Assembly: GCA_043812795.1 (NCBI GenBank)
Contig: JBDRLU010000033.1
Coordinates: 27,763-91,762, forward strand
Source of the DNA: Chloroflexota bacterium
Lineage (GTDB): Bacteria > Chloroflexota > Dehalococcoidia > Dehalococcoidales > UBA2162
Reading direction: 5' to 3'
DNA: 64,000 nt
Shown piece by piece: positions 1 through 9,939 of this stretch (positions are counted from its first letter, which is position 1; every line of letters starts with the position of its first letter). The notes under the pieces are model-generated. The model had not been told where the DNA came from and ran no database searches. It worked only from the letters and a program-made list of their open reading frames with translations. A program made the position numbers and the translations under genes.

Positions 1-100
1 GCCCCGTCCGTACCAGGCATAGTGGTTTTCCGCCCCCAGCCGGATAGCGTTCCTGTCCAGAGTGAGCGGTAGCATGTGATGGTGAGCATCGATAATCAAC
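1..100 (-). CDS. amidohydrolase-family protein, N-terminal fragment (gene continues beyond window start)
   Basis: Minus frame reads (TTG)LIIDAHHHMLPLTLDRNAIRLGAENHYAWYGRG. IDAHHH resembles the HxH metal-binding start of amidohydrolase-type TIM-barrel hydrolases. GGGAGG lies 8 nt upstream of the TTG at 100. Confidence 0.4.
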
Positions 101-135
101 TTAGATACCTCCCGTAAATAGTGTTACTTTCCTAT

Positions 136-175
136 TTGTTGAAACGCCACCCTTCGACAGGCTCAGGGTGAACGG
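136..175. repeat. REP-like intergenic repeat, family 1 (core CCCTTCGACAGGCTCAGGGTGAACGG)
   Basis: The core at 150-175 recurs with one mismatch at 38939-38964. The flanking TTGTyGAAmC is also shared. Both copies are intergenic. Confidence 0.6.
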
Positions 176-235
176 TACGGACTCCGGTTTGTTTCGCTGC
201 GACACCCTGGTACTTCCCTTGAATAGCTTTAGGGG

Positions 236-1390
236 CTAATCGCTGGCACCGAGTAATTCGTGGGCTTTCTTCAGCCAGTCGGCGATGGGAATTTGCTGGG
301 GGCATACTTCTTCACACGTACCGCATTCCAGACACTGGTCGGCCCGCTGCTCTTCCTTCAGCCCGTTGGGCCCGCAGTAGTGCAGGCGGGGGACGCGCAG
401 CTCATTATACATGACGGCATTGTTATAGAGGTCGAAGATTTGCGGAATTTCCACACCGTTGGGGCAGGGCAGACAATACTGGCACCTGGTGCAGGGAATT
501 GGGCTGAGGTCGCGATAAGTGACGCGTACTCTATCGAGAAACTCAAGCTCGTTGGCAGAGAGCGTACCCGGCCCGGAGCGGTCGGCAATGGCCAGGTTCT
601 CGGTGACCTGTTCCATGGTGCTCATGCCACTGAGAGCGAGGGAGACCTCTGGCTGGTTCCAGACCCAGAGCAGTCCCCATTCAGCCAGTGTCCGCTTTTG
701 CGGGGCGTCAGCCCAGAGCTTGGCGACCGGTGCCGGCGGTCCTTTGGTAAGCCGGCCTCCACGTAACGGTTCCATGACGACCACGGCCAGTCCTTTGTCG
801 CTGGCGTACTTGAGCCCGCGCGTACCGGCCTGGTAATTGACGTCCATGTAGTTGTATTGAATCTGGCAAAAAGTCCAGCCGCCGTAGGCGTCGATTATTT
901 CCTTGAAAACATCAAACTCATCGTGAAAGGAAAAACCCAGATGGCCGATGCGCCCGTCGGCAATTTGTTTTTCCGCCCAGCGTAAGACACCGCAGTCGCG
1001 CATCACGGGCCAGCGCTCTTTGTTCTGCCCGTGCAGCAGATAAAAGTCAACCCTGTCCGTCTGCAGTCGTTCGAGCTGCTCGTTGAAGTAGCGGTCGCAG
1101 TCCTGCGTTGACTGGACCAGCCATGAAGGTAGTTTGGTGGCCAGGTGGACTTTCTGGCGGTAGCCGTCCTGCAGGGCACGGCCTAATAATACTTCACTCC
1201 GCCCGGCATGGTAGGGATAAGCTGTGTCCACATAATTGACACCGTGGTCGATAGCGTGGCGTATCATCCGGATTGCCTCAGGCTCGTTGATATTCCCCGG
1301 ATTACTATCAAGTGTGGGCAGACGCATCGCTCCGAAACCCAATGCCGATGGCCTGTAGTCCAGTTTCCCGAATTTCCGGTATTTCATCAC
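236..1390 (-). CDS. aldo/keto reductase with C-terminal 4Fe-4S ferredoxin-type domain
   Basis: 384-aa ORF. The N-terminal AKR pattern is LGFGAMRLP...GVNYVDTAYPYHAGRSE. The C-terminus has two Cys clusters (CTRCQYCLPCP and CLECGTCEEVCP). Confidence 0.85.
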   Translation of the reverse strand: MMKYRKFGKLDYRPSALGFGAMRLPTLDSNPGNINEPEAIRMIRHAIDHGVNYVDTAYPYHAGRSEVLLGRALQDGYRQKVHLATKLPSWLVQSTQDCDRYFNEQLERLQTDRVDFYLLHGQNKERWPVMRDCGVLRWAEKQIADGRIGHLGFSFHDEFDVFKEIIDAYGGWTFCQIQYNYMDVNYQAGTRGLKYASDKGLAVVVMEPLRGGRLTKGPPAPVAKLWADAPQKRTLAEWGLLWVWNQPEVSLALSGMSTMEQVTENLAIADRSGPGTLSANELEFLDRVRVTYRDLSPIPCTRCQYCLPCPNGVEIPQIFDLYNNAVMYNELRVPRLHYCGPNGLKEEQRADQCLECGTCEEVCPQQIPIADWLKKAHELLGASD

Positions 1391-1543
1391 CCACCCCTAA
1401 TTTGAAAATGATACTGACATTTTCCCCCATTTTGCTTTAGAAAGCAAACCGCGGATAGAGGAGTAAGTCATTTGAGAAGTTGGCCTGTCTGAGTTATTAT
1501 GGGCTAGAGTCCTTTTGACCAAGTACGAGGAGGCGAATCACCG

Positions 1544-2338
1544 GTGGACTTATCGGCTCTGGACCAGCCCGCAATTCTTGAAGTCATCTTCCCGCTGGTC
1601 TATTCTCCTTTTTACTCGACGGCTTACAGTGTAGCGCTGCCGGATATTCCCGGCCATTTCATTGAGGTCGAAGAAGGCGTCAAAATCCATTGCGGTTTCT
1701 GGCTGAAGGACAAGGGATTCCCGACCATCCTTTATTTCCACGGTAACGGAGAGACGGTGGCTGATTATCATTCGATGGCCCCTTTTTATAACGACCGTGG
1801 CATAAATCTTTTTGTGGCCGATTACCGGGGCTACGGCCTGAGTAGCGGTAAGCCGACCGTCTCTAATTTGATAAATGATGCTCACCTTGTCTTCGAAAGT
1901 TTCCAGAAAATTATCGGGCAAGAAAGGTGCAGCCAGAGCCTTTTCATCATGGGGCGTTCTCTGGGCAGCATGCCGGCGCTGGAGGTTGCCTTAAATTACC
2001 AGGATGATATTCGAGGCCTGATTATCGAGAGTGGTGCCGCCAATAACCTCCGCCGGCTATGGGAGTATCTGGACATCGCCGAACAGGGAGTCCTTGATGA
2101 GAATAGTCCATTCCTCAATAAAGTCAAGATTAGACAGGTCGCTAAACCAACGCTGATTATCCACGGTGAATACGATGAGATTATCCCGGTAAACGAAGCC
2201 GAAGAACTGTACCGGAATTCAGCCGCCAGGGACAAGAAGCTGCTCATTATCCGTGGTACCGGGCATAACGACCTGCTGGCAGCCGGACATAAGATGTATT
2301 TCGAAGCAATCGAAAAGTTTATCGAAGCCCATGGCTGA
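1544..2338 (+). CDS. alpha/beta-fold hydrolase
   Basis: 264-aa ORF with the nucleophile elbow GRSLGS, a late HG..D and a GHND histidine region. GAGGAGG lies upstream of the GTG start. Confidence 0.8.
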   Translation: MDLSALDQPAILEVIFPLVYSPFYSTAYSVALPDIPGHFIEVEEGVKIHCGFWLKDKGFPTILYFHGNGETVADYHSMAPFYNDRGINLFVADYRGYGLSSGKPTVSNLINDAHLVFESFQKIIGQERCSQSLFIMGRSLGSMPALEVALNYQDDIRGLIIESGAANNLRRLWEYLDIAEQGVLDENSPFLNKVKIRQVAKPTLIIHGEYDEIIPVNEAEELYRNSAARDKKLLIIRGTGHNDLLAAGHKMYFEAIEKFIEAHG

Positions 2339-2353
2339 GCGAGAGGTGAAGCA

Positions 2354-3147
2354 ATGGAACAACTAATCGAAAGAGCCGCCCGTGATTTAGTCGATTCAAA
2401 GTATGCTATTGCCTTGACGGGGGCCGGAATTTCCACCGAGTCCGGCATTCCTGATTTCCGCGGCCCGTCCGGAGTGTGGACGAAAAACCCGGAAGCGGAG
2501 AGACGGGCATACCGGAGTTACGAGCGGTTCCTGGAAGACCCGAAGGGGTGGTGGGAGGAGCGATTCAATAGTCCCAGTTTACTGGGTGACTTCCGGACAA
2601 TAACGCCTAACGCCGGACATTATGCCCTGGTTGACCTTGAGAAACTAGGTGTCATCAAATGCGTCCTTACGCAGAATGTCGATGGGTTGCATGAAAAAGC
2701 AGGGACACAGCATCTCCTCGAATATCACGGCAATGCGTTGAAGTTGAGGTGTGTCTCCTGCCTGGCCCGCTTTGCCGAAGATGAATTCGACCTGGCCACG
2801 ATGAGAGAGAGGCCGGTATGTTGCCGCCACGCTGTCCCAAATGTGGCGGCATTGTTAAAACTGACGGGGTGGCCTTCGGTGAACCGATTCCCTCCGATGT
2901 TGCCCGCAATAGTCTCGCCGAAGCCGGGAAGTGCGACTTGATGCTTATCTGCGGGACATCGGCGGTCGTCTATCCTTTTGCGGCTTTACCGCGTCTGGCT
3001 AGAGAACGGATTGGTGTAACCATCATCGAAATAAATGCCGACCCGACACCTTTGACCGAGGACGGTATTTCGGACTACCTGGTACGGGGGAAGACCGGCG
3101 AAATTCTGCCGAAAATAGTCGAGGCCATAAAAAAATTGCGGAAATAG
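2354..3147 (+). pseudogene. Sir2-family NAD-dependent protein deacylase, interrupted by a frameshift near 2801-2820
   Basis: ORF 2354-2941 carries GAGISTESGIPDFRG, QNVDGLH and the first CxxC. ORF 2818-3147, in the -1 frame, carries the second CPKCGG, VAFGEPIP and the C-terminal Rossmann half. Together they make one colinear sirtuin. Confidence 0.8.
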
Positions 3148-3228
3148 TTGACTCATTGTGATATATTTTTTTCAAGTATTTAAGGTCAAAAGGACACACG
3201 GATTTTGCTAGGCTGAAGGGAGCAACAG

Positions 3229-3900
3229 GTGAATTCTGGAACTATCGGACTCATGGGCGCCATGGAGTTGGAAGTTAAGCTTATCGCCGAAAGTATTACC
3301 TTGAAGGGGACCGAGCAACATGTCGAGCGTACTTTTTATCGCGGCCAGTTCGCCGGTCGTGATGTGGTCATCGTTCAGTCAGGAGTTGGTAAGGTGCGGG
3401 CGGCGACGGCCTGTCAGTTTCTTCTGGAACATTTTGGCGTCGAGCGGCTTATCTTCGCTGGTGTCGCTGGCGGACTCAGACCGGGCCTGAGTATCGGCGA
3501 TATCATTGTCTCGGAACGGGCGATGGAATGGGACTTCCACTCTCTGATGCTGCCGCGTTGCTGGTACCATGCTGACCCGGCCCTGGTCTCGCTGGCGGTA
3601 CGGTCGGCCGAGCGCTTAGGCCGTAAAGTACATATCGGCTCGGTACTGACGGGTGACCGGCCCATCTTTAAAAACGAGCAGAAGCAGGACTTGTGGCGGA
3701 CATTCAATGCCGACTGCGTTGAGATGGAAGGAGCGGCGGTAGCCCAGGTGTGTGTTCTCAATGCGATACCCTTTGTCCTCATTCGGGCGGTATCCGACCT
3801 GGCTGACGAACACTCTTTCGTCAACCTGGTGCGTAATTTAAGAGAGGTTGTCGCCTGGCCGGCTGAAGTGGCGCTGGAAATGGTCAAAAGCCTCGTCTAA
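3229..3900 (+). CDS. mtnN: 5'-methylthioadenosine/S-adenosylhomocysteine nucleosidase
   Basis: 223-aa ORF with N-terminal GLMGAMELEV, the VEMEGAAVAQVC motif and SD.A near the C-terminus. All are typical of Pfs/MtnN. Confidence 0.8.
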   Translation: MNSGTIGLMGAMELEVKLIAESITLKGTEQHVERTFYRGQFAGRDVVIVQSGVGKVRAATACQFLLEHFGVERLIFAGVAGGLRPGLSIGDIIVSERAMEWDFHSLMLPRCWYHADPALVSLAVRSAERLGRKVHIGSVLTGDRPIFKNEQKQDLWRTFNADCVEMEGAAVAQVCVLNAIPFVLIRAVSDLADEHSFVNLVRNLREVVAWPAEVALEMVKSLV

Positions 3901-3912
3901 CCGTTGGAGGTG

Positions 3913-4953
3913 ATGGTGAAAGTTATCGATTTGCGTAGCGATACGGTGACTCTACCGACCGATGAGATGCGCCGGGCCATGGCTGAAGCCAGTGTTGGCG
4001 ACGACGTATATCAGGAAGACCCCACCGTGAATGCTCTGGAAGAATTGGGCGCGCAGATGATGGGAAAAGAGGCTGCCCTCTTTACTGCCAGCGGGACAAT
4101 GAGCAACCTACTGGCCGTATTATCCCAGACGCACCGCGGTGATGAAATTATTGTCGGGAATGAAGCCCACACGTTCTGGTATGAGGTCGGCGGGGCGTCG
4201 GCCCTGGGCGGGGTAGTAATACGTACGGTTCCCAACGATGAAAAGGGTCAGATTGACCCCACGATGATTGAGGCGACTATCCGTGGCCAGAATATCCACT
4301 TTCCTCCGACGACATTACTATGCCTGGAAAATACACATAACCGCTGTGGTGGGGCCGTCCTTACGCCTGAATACACCGCCGTCGCCGCCGAAGTCGCCCA
4401 CCGGCATGGCCTCCACGTGCACCTGGATGGTGCCCGTATCTTCAATGCGGCCATTGCCTTAGGTATCCCTGCCAGGGAACTGACGAAGGACGTGGACTCG
4501 GTCAGTTTTTGTTTGTCCAAGGGACTGAGCGCCCCGGTCGGCTCTTTATTTTGTTCGACGGGCGAATGTGTTGACCGGGCGCGTAAATGGCGGAAGATGC
4601 TTGGCGGCGGGATGCGTCAGGCCGGCGTGATTGCGGCGGCGGGCATCGTTGCCCTCAAAACAATGATAACCCGTCTCAAGGAAGACCACGATAACGCCCG
4701 GCGCCTTACCCGTGGCTTAGCCCGCATTCCGGGTATCATCGCACCCGAAGAAGTACCGACCAATATTATTATTTTCCGGTCTCCGGAAGTTATTTCCGGT
4801 ACTGAGTTTCTTGAGCGGGCGACCGAGCGTGGTGTCAAGCTTACCCATCTCGGCGGACAGAGCTTCCGGGCGGTTACTCACCGTATGATTAGCGCGGAAG
4901 ACGTTGATGAAGCTTTGCACCGTATCGAAGTGCTTGTTAAAGAGATTCGTTAG
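3913..4953 (+). CDS. ltaE: low-specificity L-threonine aldolase (PLP-dependent)
   Basis: [12 protein letters not shown]...[12 protein letters not shown] is the classic threonine-aldolase N-terminus, and a CLSKGL lysine region is present. The start is ambiguous (TTG 3904, ATG 3913 or GTG 3916) after GGAGGTG. Confidence 0.8.
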   Translation: MVKVIDLRSDTVTLPTDEMRRAMAEASVGDDVYQEDPTVNALEELGAQMMGKEAALFTASGTMSNLLAVLSQTHRGDEIIVGNEAHTFWYEVGGASALGGVVIRTVPNDEKGQIDPTMIEATIRGQNIHFPPTTLLCLENTHNRCGGAVLTPEYTAVAAEVAHRHGLHVHLDGARIFNAAIALGIPARELTKDVDSVSFCLSKGLSAPVGSLFCSTGECVDRARKWRKMLGGGMRQAGVIAAAGIVALKTMITRLKEDHDNARRLTRGLARIPGIIAPEEVPTNIIIFRSPEVISGTEFLERATERGVKLTHLGGQSFRAVTHRMISAEDVDEALHRIEVLVKEIR

Positions 4954-4969
4954 GCGTACGGAGGCGGTA

Positions 4970-6028
4970 ATGCACAGAGTTTTGGTGATAAACCCCGGGT
5001 CAACCAGCACAGAAATTAACCTGTTCGAGGATGAGAGGGAAATAAGGACGGCACGGATGGTGCACCCGGTCGAGGACCTGAGAAAACTCACGAAGATAAT
5101 CGACCAGTTTCCCTACCGGAACGAGATCGTCAAGGCAAAAGTGGCCGAATGGGGGTTGAAGAGAGGCGATTTGGCGGCCGTGGTGGGACGGAGTGGCTTT
5201 CGCCTGAAGGAAAGCGGAGCCTACGGGGTCAATCAGAAGATGGTCGATGATGTGAAGGCCGGTCGGGTGCGGGTAGAGCATGCCTCCGTCCTTGGTGGTT
5301 TGCTGGCGAAAGAAATCGGCGATGCCTATGGTGCGCCCCCTTTCATTGCTCATACCGCGGCTCGTGATTTGGAGCCAATCGCTAAGGTCACAGGTATTCC
5401 TCAAATCGAAAGAAGGCCGGCTTATCATGTGCAGAATATTGTGGCCGTGGCGATACTGGCGGCCGTGACCATGAAAAAAGATATCAAAACGGTAAATTTT
5501 GTCGTTGCTCATCTCGAGGGCGGTATGTCGGTTGCCGCCGTGAGGGGTGGCGAAGTTATCGATGCCACCAGCGCCATGGACGAAGGGCCGTTCACGATGG
5601 AGCGTAGCGGAAACTTACCCGGAGTCTCCCTTATCGAGCTGTGCTTTTCCGGCAAATATACCAGAGAACAGATGTTAAAGCTGATAAGAGGCGAGGGGGG
5701 TATGGTGGCTTACCTGGGAACGAACAAATTCAGCGATGTCGAGGACAGAGTAAATCAGGGCGATGAGAAGGCGAAGTTTTACCTGGAGGCGATGTGCTAC
5801 CAGGCGGCCAAAGACATCGGAGCGATGGCGACCGTGCTAAAGGGTAAGGTTGATGCCGTCATCCTTACCGGTAAGATTCTGGATTCGAAAACTGCGGTCA
5901 ACTGGATAAAAGAGAGAGTTAAGTTTATTGCGCCGGTCGAGACATACCCGGAACAGGAAGCGTTGGTCTTTGTACAGGCGGGACTGAAGGTACTGCGCGG
6001 TGAGGAAAAGGCCAGGAAGTACGAGTAG
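4970..6028 (+). CDS. buk: butyrate kinase
   Basis: MHRVLVINPGSTSTEI..., EHASVLGG, VVAHLEGGMSVAA, ERSGNLP and LRGEEK are colinear with Buk. ATG 4970 follows GGAGGCGG, whereas the longer ORF start at 4904 would overlap ltaE. Confidence 0.8.
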   Translation: MHRVLVINPGSTSTEINLFEDEREIRTARMVHPVEDLRKLTKIIDQFPYRNEIVKAKVAEWGLKRGDLAAVVGRSGFRLKESGAYGVNQKMVDDVKAGRVRVEHASVLGGLLAKEIGDAYGAPPFIAHTAARDLEPIAKVTGIPQIERRPAYHVQNIVAVAILAAVTMKKDIKTVNFVVAHLEGGMSVAAVRGGEVIDATSAMDEGPFTMERSGNLPGVSLIELCFSGKYTREQMLKLIRGEGGMVAYLGTNKFSDVEDRVNQGDEKAKFYLEAMCYQAAKDIGAMATVLKGKVDAVILTGKILDSKTAVNWIKERVKFIAPVETYPEQEALVFVQAGLKVLRGEEKARKYE

Positions 6029-6124
6029 CTGGCGGTCCTAGGCTAAGTGTTATTCTAGTTGTATAAATCCCTTTGATTATTGCAGTATCTCTTTATTTGT
6101 CATTCTGCTACGAAGGATAGAGCA

Positions 6125-6874
6125 ATGGGAAAGATAGTTGCTATCGGTGGAGGACACATTGGAAGCCTGGGTCAACCTATCGAAACTACCGAAATAGATA
6201 AAGAAATAGTCAGACTGAGTGAGAGTAATAGCCCGAGACTGCTCTTTATTCCAACAGCAAGCACTGATGCTGAGTCGTATGTGGAAGCGGTTGACAACCA
6301 TTTCGGAAAAGACCTTGGCTGTATTATTGATACGCTATTTTTGATAAAAGAAAAACCTGGTATCTCGGAAATAAGGGAAAGGGTATTTAATGCGAACATT
6401 ATCTATGTCGGTGGTGGCAATACCCTAAAGATGCTAAGGATATGGCGGGGTCTTGGTGTAGATAATGTCCTTCATGAAGCTTACGGGAGAGGTGTAGTAA
6501 TGTCTGGACTTAGTGCTGGAGCAATATGTTGGTTCAAATACTGTAGCTCCGATTCAAGAAAATTTGCCAATCCAAATGCCGGATTGATTAAGATTACGGG
6601 TTTAAATTTTATCGATGCCTTGTGCTGTCCTCATTACAATACCGAGGCAGACAGAAAACCGCATCTTAAAGCATTAATGAGGAAAACATCGGGAGTCGCA
6701 TTGGCTATCGATGACTGCTGCGCCTTCGAGGTCATGGACGATAAATATAGAGTCATCGGCTCAAAAGAAGATGCCAACGCCTACAAAGTGTATTGGAGAA
6801 AGGGAGAATTCTACGAGGAAATCATCAAGAAACAGACGGGATTTCTAACGTTAAATAGCCTTTTGGCGAAGTGA
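6125..6874 (+). CDS. peptidase S51 family (dipeptidase E-like)
   Basis: YVGGGNTLKML, the nucleophile context SGLSAGAICWF and CCPHY match the S51 Ser-His arrangement. The gene is visibly more AT-rich than its flanks. Confidence 0.7.
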   Translation: MGKIVAIGGGHIGSLGQPIETTEIDKEIVRLSESNSPRLLFIPTASTDAESYVEAVDNHFGKDLGCIIDTLFLIKEKPGISEIRERVFNANIIYVGGGNTLKMLRIWRGLGVDNVLHEAYGRGVVMSGLSAGAICWFKYCSSDSRKFANPNAGLIKITGLNFIDALCCPHYNTEADRKPHLKALMRKTSGVALAIDDCCAFEVMDDKYRVIGSKEDANAYKVYWRKGEFYEEIIKKQTGFLTLNSLLAK

Positions 6875-6889
6875 TATTGGTGGTTGGGA

Positions 6890-7615
6890 CTACCCGAGCA
6901 GACAGAACTTGATATAGCTGGCAACGGCGGTAGCGGCCGTACTGACGCGTAAGACAGTGTCACCCAGAGAAACGGGAATAAAACCGGCACTTTTCGCCAG
7001 TCCGATTTCTTCCTGGGTAAAATCTCCCTCTGGACCAATCAAGACCAGAATACTGGTTGGCTTTACCGAGGCGAGTGCTTCGGTGATATGTTTTCTTTCC
7101 CCATATACTGCCAGGATAAGCTTAAGGTCGTAAACCTGGGACTGTGCCACGACTTTTTCCAGGCTGGTTACGGGTCCGATTAAGGGAATATCATTCCGCT
7201 GGCTCTGCTGGGCTGCACTTTGGGCGATGCGCCGCCAGCGCTCGAGTCTGGCTTCCTTTTTGTTTTCCGGCAGTTTGACGATGACGCGGGCTGTTGCCAG
7301 CGGGATAATGGTATCGACGCCGAGTTGCGTCAGACTATCCACGATTTCGTCCATCCCGGACTTTTTGGGCAGGGCGCAAGCCACCGTGATTTTGACCGGT
7401 TTACTCCCGGAGCTTTTTGTTGCCTTGATGGCGAGCACCGCCCGGGTTTTGTCCATTTCGGAAATCAGACTAACACATTCATTACCATCACCGTCAAAGA
7501 CAGTTACTTCATCATTTACCTTCAAGCGCAGGACGTCTTTCAGGTGATGCAGTTGCTCGGCATCGGAGATAGTGACGTAATCGCGGTCTATCTTCTTGAC
7601 ATAAAATCGGTGCAT
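6890..7615 (-). CDS. rsmE: 16S rRNA (uracil1498-N3)-methyltransferase
   Basis: 241 aa. It has an MHRFYV start, an N-terminal PUA-like region and C-terminal LIGPEGDFTQEE, as in RsmE. Confidence 0.85.
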   Translation of the reverse strand: MHRFYVKKIDRDYVTISDAEQLHHLKDVLRLKVNDEVTVFDGDGNECVSLISEMDKTRAVLAIKATKSSGSKPVKITVACALPKKSGMDEIVDSLTQLGVDTIIPLATARVIVKLPENKKEARLERWRRIAQSAAQQSQRNDIPLIGPVTSLEKVVAQSQVYDLKLILAVYGERKHITEALASVKPTSILVLIGPEGDFTQEEIGLAKSAGFIPVSLGDTVLRVSTAATAVASYIKFCLLG

Positions 7616-7652
7616 GCCAATTACCTTCCCGACTTGCTGACTCTATTGTACT

Positions 7653-9067
7653 TTATTCTTTGTCAGGTTGTGGAGATAATCCGGGAGCTTTATCTGTTGC
7701 GGGAGTGGAATCGGGGCCACGTGGCATGAGAAAGACAGTCGGTAACGCTAGAAGTAAGATGGCGCCGAAACCCACAAAGATAAAAAAGAAAGCCCGCTGT
7801 GGCTCAGTACCATTATGGAGGAGTACTGTAGCTAAAGCGATGCCGACGGCGCCGCCAATCTGGCGGAACATGCCGCGCAGTCCGGTAATCGTGGCTATTT
7901 TGTCCGGCATCAGCTCAATGCAGGCGTTATTGGCGGCTGGCGTTGCTATCCCCATGCCGATACCGGAAAGGGTCATGATGGCCCCTAATATCACGCTTAT
8001 GCTCAATGAAATACCTAATACACTGATGCCGGAAAGTTCAAGAGCAAGCAGGAAAAGACTGAGCGCAATAGCCAGTGTCCCCGCTATTATCGGCCGTCGG
8101 TAGCCATATCTGACCAGAAGGAAGCTCATGATGGCCGAAGTGATAGCCATGCCGACAGACCGTGGTGTTAGAATAAGGCCACTGGTAAAGGTAGGCATAT
8201 CGTAAACGGAAACTGCATAAAGAGGAATTAACGAGAAGACTCCGAAGGCGCTGGCGCCGTAAATTAAATTATAAATGTTGGCACCCAGAAATGGTCTTTT
8301 TTGCAGGAGTTCCAGGTTGATAATGGGGTCGGGTACTCTCTTTTCCTGTCGGATAAAATAAAATAAGGCCACCAGTCCTACGGCGATGAAGATGGCGAGC
8401 AGTAGCCAGGGTATTCCAGTGCCACGATTGCCTCCTTCGGTAAGCGCCAGCATGAAGGCGGTGAGAAAAACGGTGAGCAGGCCGGTACCGATAAGGTCGA
8501 TACTCCGGTTGCCGGTCTGACGGCCCCGGCGCAAAAGAAACTGTCCCATTATCAGTATGACCAGTCCGAAGGGTACATTGAGCCAGAAGATGGACTGCCA
8601 TCCCAAAGATGCGACCATCCAGCCGCCAAGGTTAGGGCCGATGATGGCCCCGGCAGGAAAGATACTACTAAAGAGGCCGATAGCCCGCTGGCGGGACCGG
8701 GGGAATTCATCGCTGACAATTCCGGCGGCTGCGGGCAGGAACCCCCACCACCGAGACCCTGAATGACCCGAAAGAAGATTAACCAGTTGATATTTGGTGC
8801 AATAGCACAGAGGACGGAGCCCAGGGTAAAGAGAAGAGTACATAGCATGAAGGTGGACTTCCTGCCAAAGTTCTCACTCATCTTGGCGGCAAGAGGCGTG
8901 GCACTAACCGACACCAGCTGGTAGGAACTGAGCAGCCAGCCGGCCAGTATTATCGAGACGTTAAAGTCGGATGTGATGACCGGGAAAGCGACGGACACGG
9001 TGGTCATACTCAGCGAAGCCAGAAACAGGGCCAGACTGACGACGAAAAAAACGAGGTACCTACGCAT
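7653..9067 (-). pseudogene. MFS transporter (drug:H+ antiporter-like), frameshifted in a G5 run
   Basis: The N-terminal ORF (8552-9067) ends its meaningful sequence at ...RVIQGLGGGG. The other frame (7653-8843) continues FLPAAAGIVSDEFPRSRQRAIG..., so the MFS motifs are colinear. The junction is the C5/G5 run at 8742-8746. Confidence 0.75.
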
Positions 9068-9134
9068 AACAAAAGTTCATTATAGCGCCGTATGGCCGCT
9101 TTGTTAATTGAATTAGAAGGCACGCTGGGTTGGC

Positions 9135-9611
9135 TCAGATATTTCGGCAGCCAGCTGGTGCAATGAGCAACACCGGTACCCCGGCATGGCGGGATACCCT
9201 ATCGGCGACGCTACCGTAAGCCCAGCGGCTGATGCCGGACCGGCCATGAGTACTCATTATAATCATATCCACCTGATTGTTGGTTGCGTAGTCGAGTATC
9301 GTATCGGCCGCATTACCGGACACAACCACCGGCCGGGCAGCGATGCCCTGAGCTTTCAATTTGTCCGCCATCATCGTGACGTATCGGGTAGCTTCGGCTT
9401 CTTTGTCAGTTTCGGCTTTTTTGAGCATATCTCCGCCGGCGGTACCGGCTTCCAGAAAAGACGAGACGGTGTAGGTAGGCAGGGGTTCCACCACGGTAAG
9501 CAGGATGACATCGGTCACATTACATCCTGAAGCCACGGCTTGTACGTGGGCCAGACTGCATTCGGCAAGTTCCGAACCATCGAGCGGCACTAAAATAGTT
9601 TTGTATAACAT
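9135..9611 (-). CDS. universal stress protein (UspA family)
   Basis: 158 aa. YKTILVPLDGSELAE and ...MSTHGRSGISRWAYGSVADRV match the USP ATP-binding pattern. Confidence 0.85.
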   Translation of the reverse strand: MLYKTILVPLDGSELAECSLAHVQAVASGCNVTDVILLTVVEPLPTYTVSSFLEAGTAGGDMLKKAETDKEAEATRYVTMMADKLKAQGIAARPVVVSGNAADTILDYATNNQVDMIIMSTHGRSGISRWAYGSVADRVSRHAGVPVLLIAPAGCRNI

Positions 9612-9686
9612 GTTCTCCTCCGTTTCCCAGTTACGTTTAGTTGACTATCAGTTTAGGGCGGTTTTCCTCAGGCAACCTCGCTAGAG

Positions 9687-9716
9687 ATTTTAAGCCTAAA
9701 TTCATCATAAAGTCAA
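9687..9716 (-). promoter_or_regulatory. putative sigma70-type promoter for the usp gene
   Basis: On the minus strand: TTGACT (9716-9711), an 18-nt spacer, then TAAAAT (9692-9687). It lies about 75 nt upstream of the usp start. Confidence 0.35.
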
Positions 9717-9795
9717 AGAGCGCGGCAGAAAGGTTACAAATTCCTTATTGACAAGCGACTGTCATTCTAGCCCTCGACCAGGGCTTGTGTTATTG

Positions 9796-9939
9796 TCAAC
9801 AACCCGGTTCTCCGGGATGGCCACAGCAGGTCTGCCGTTTCCGTATTTTGGTAAAAGCATTGCGGAATAGAAGGTATACTTTACGATGAAGCGGCATCGG
9901 AACTGACAGGTTGGTGATGAAAGCTTTGCCATGCGACAT
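9796..9939 (-). CDS. candidate 47-aa Cys-rich small protein (MSHGKAFITNLSVPMPLHRKVYLLFRNAFTKIRKRQTCCGHPGEPGC)
   Basis: Not in the ORF track because it is under 60 aa. The ATG at 9939 lies 7 nt downstream of a perfect AAGGAGG. A 6-bp hairpin (AGCCCT/AGGGCT) follows the stop. No family was recognised. Confidence 0.25.
   Translation of the reverse strand: MSHGKAFITNLSVPMPLHRKVYLLFRNAFTKIRKRQTCCGHPGEPGC

Noticed and set aside
2801-2820. The sirtuin frameshift, considered as programmed -1 ribosomal frameshifting.
   Set aside because: There is no X_XXY_YYZ slippery heptamer and no obvious downstream pseudoknot. An indel at the (GA)4 tract explains it.
4904-4969. The upstream extension of the butyrate kinase ORF (start at 4904).
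   Set aside because: It would overlap the 3' end of ltaE by 50 nt and add a non-conserved Cys/Lys/Arg-rich N-terminus. ATG 4970 has a GGAGG and yields the canonical MxRxLxINPGSTSTK/E start.
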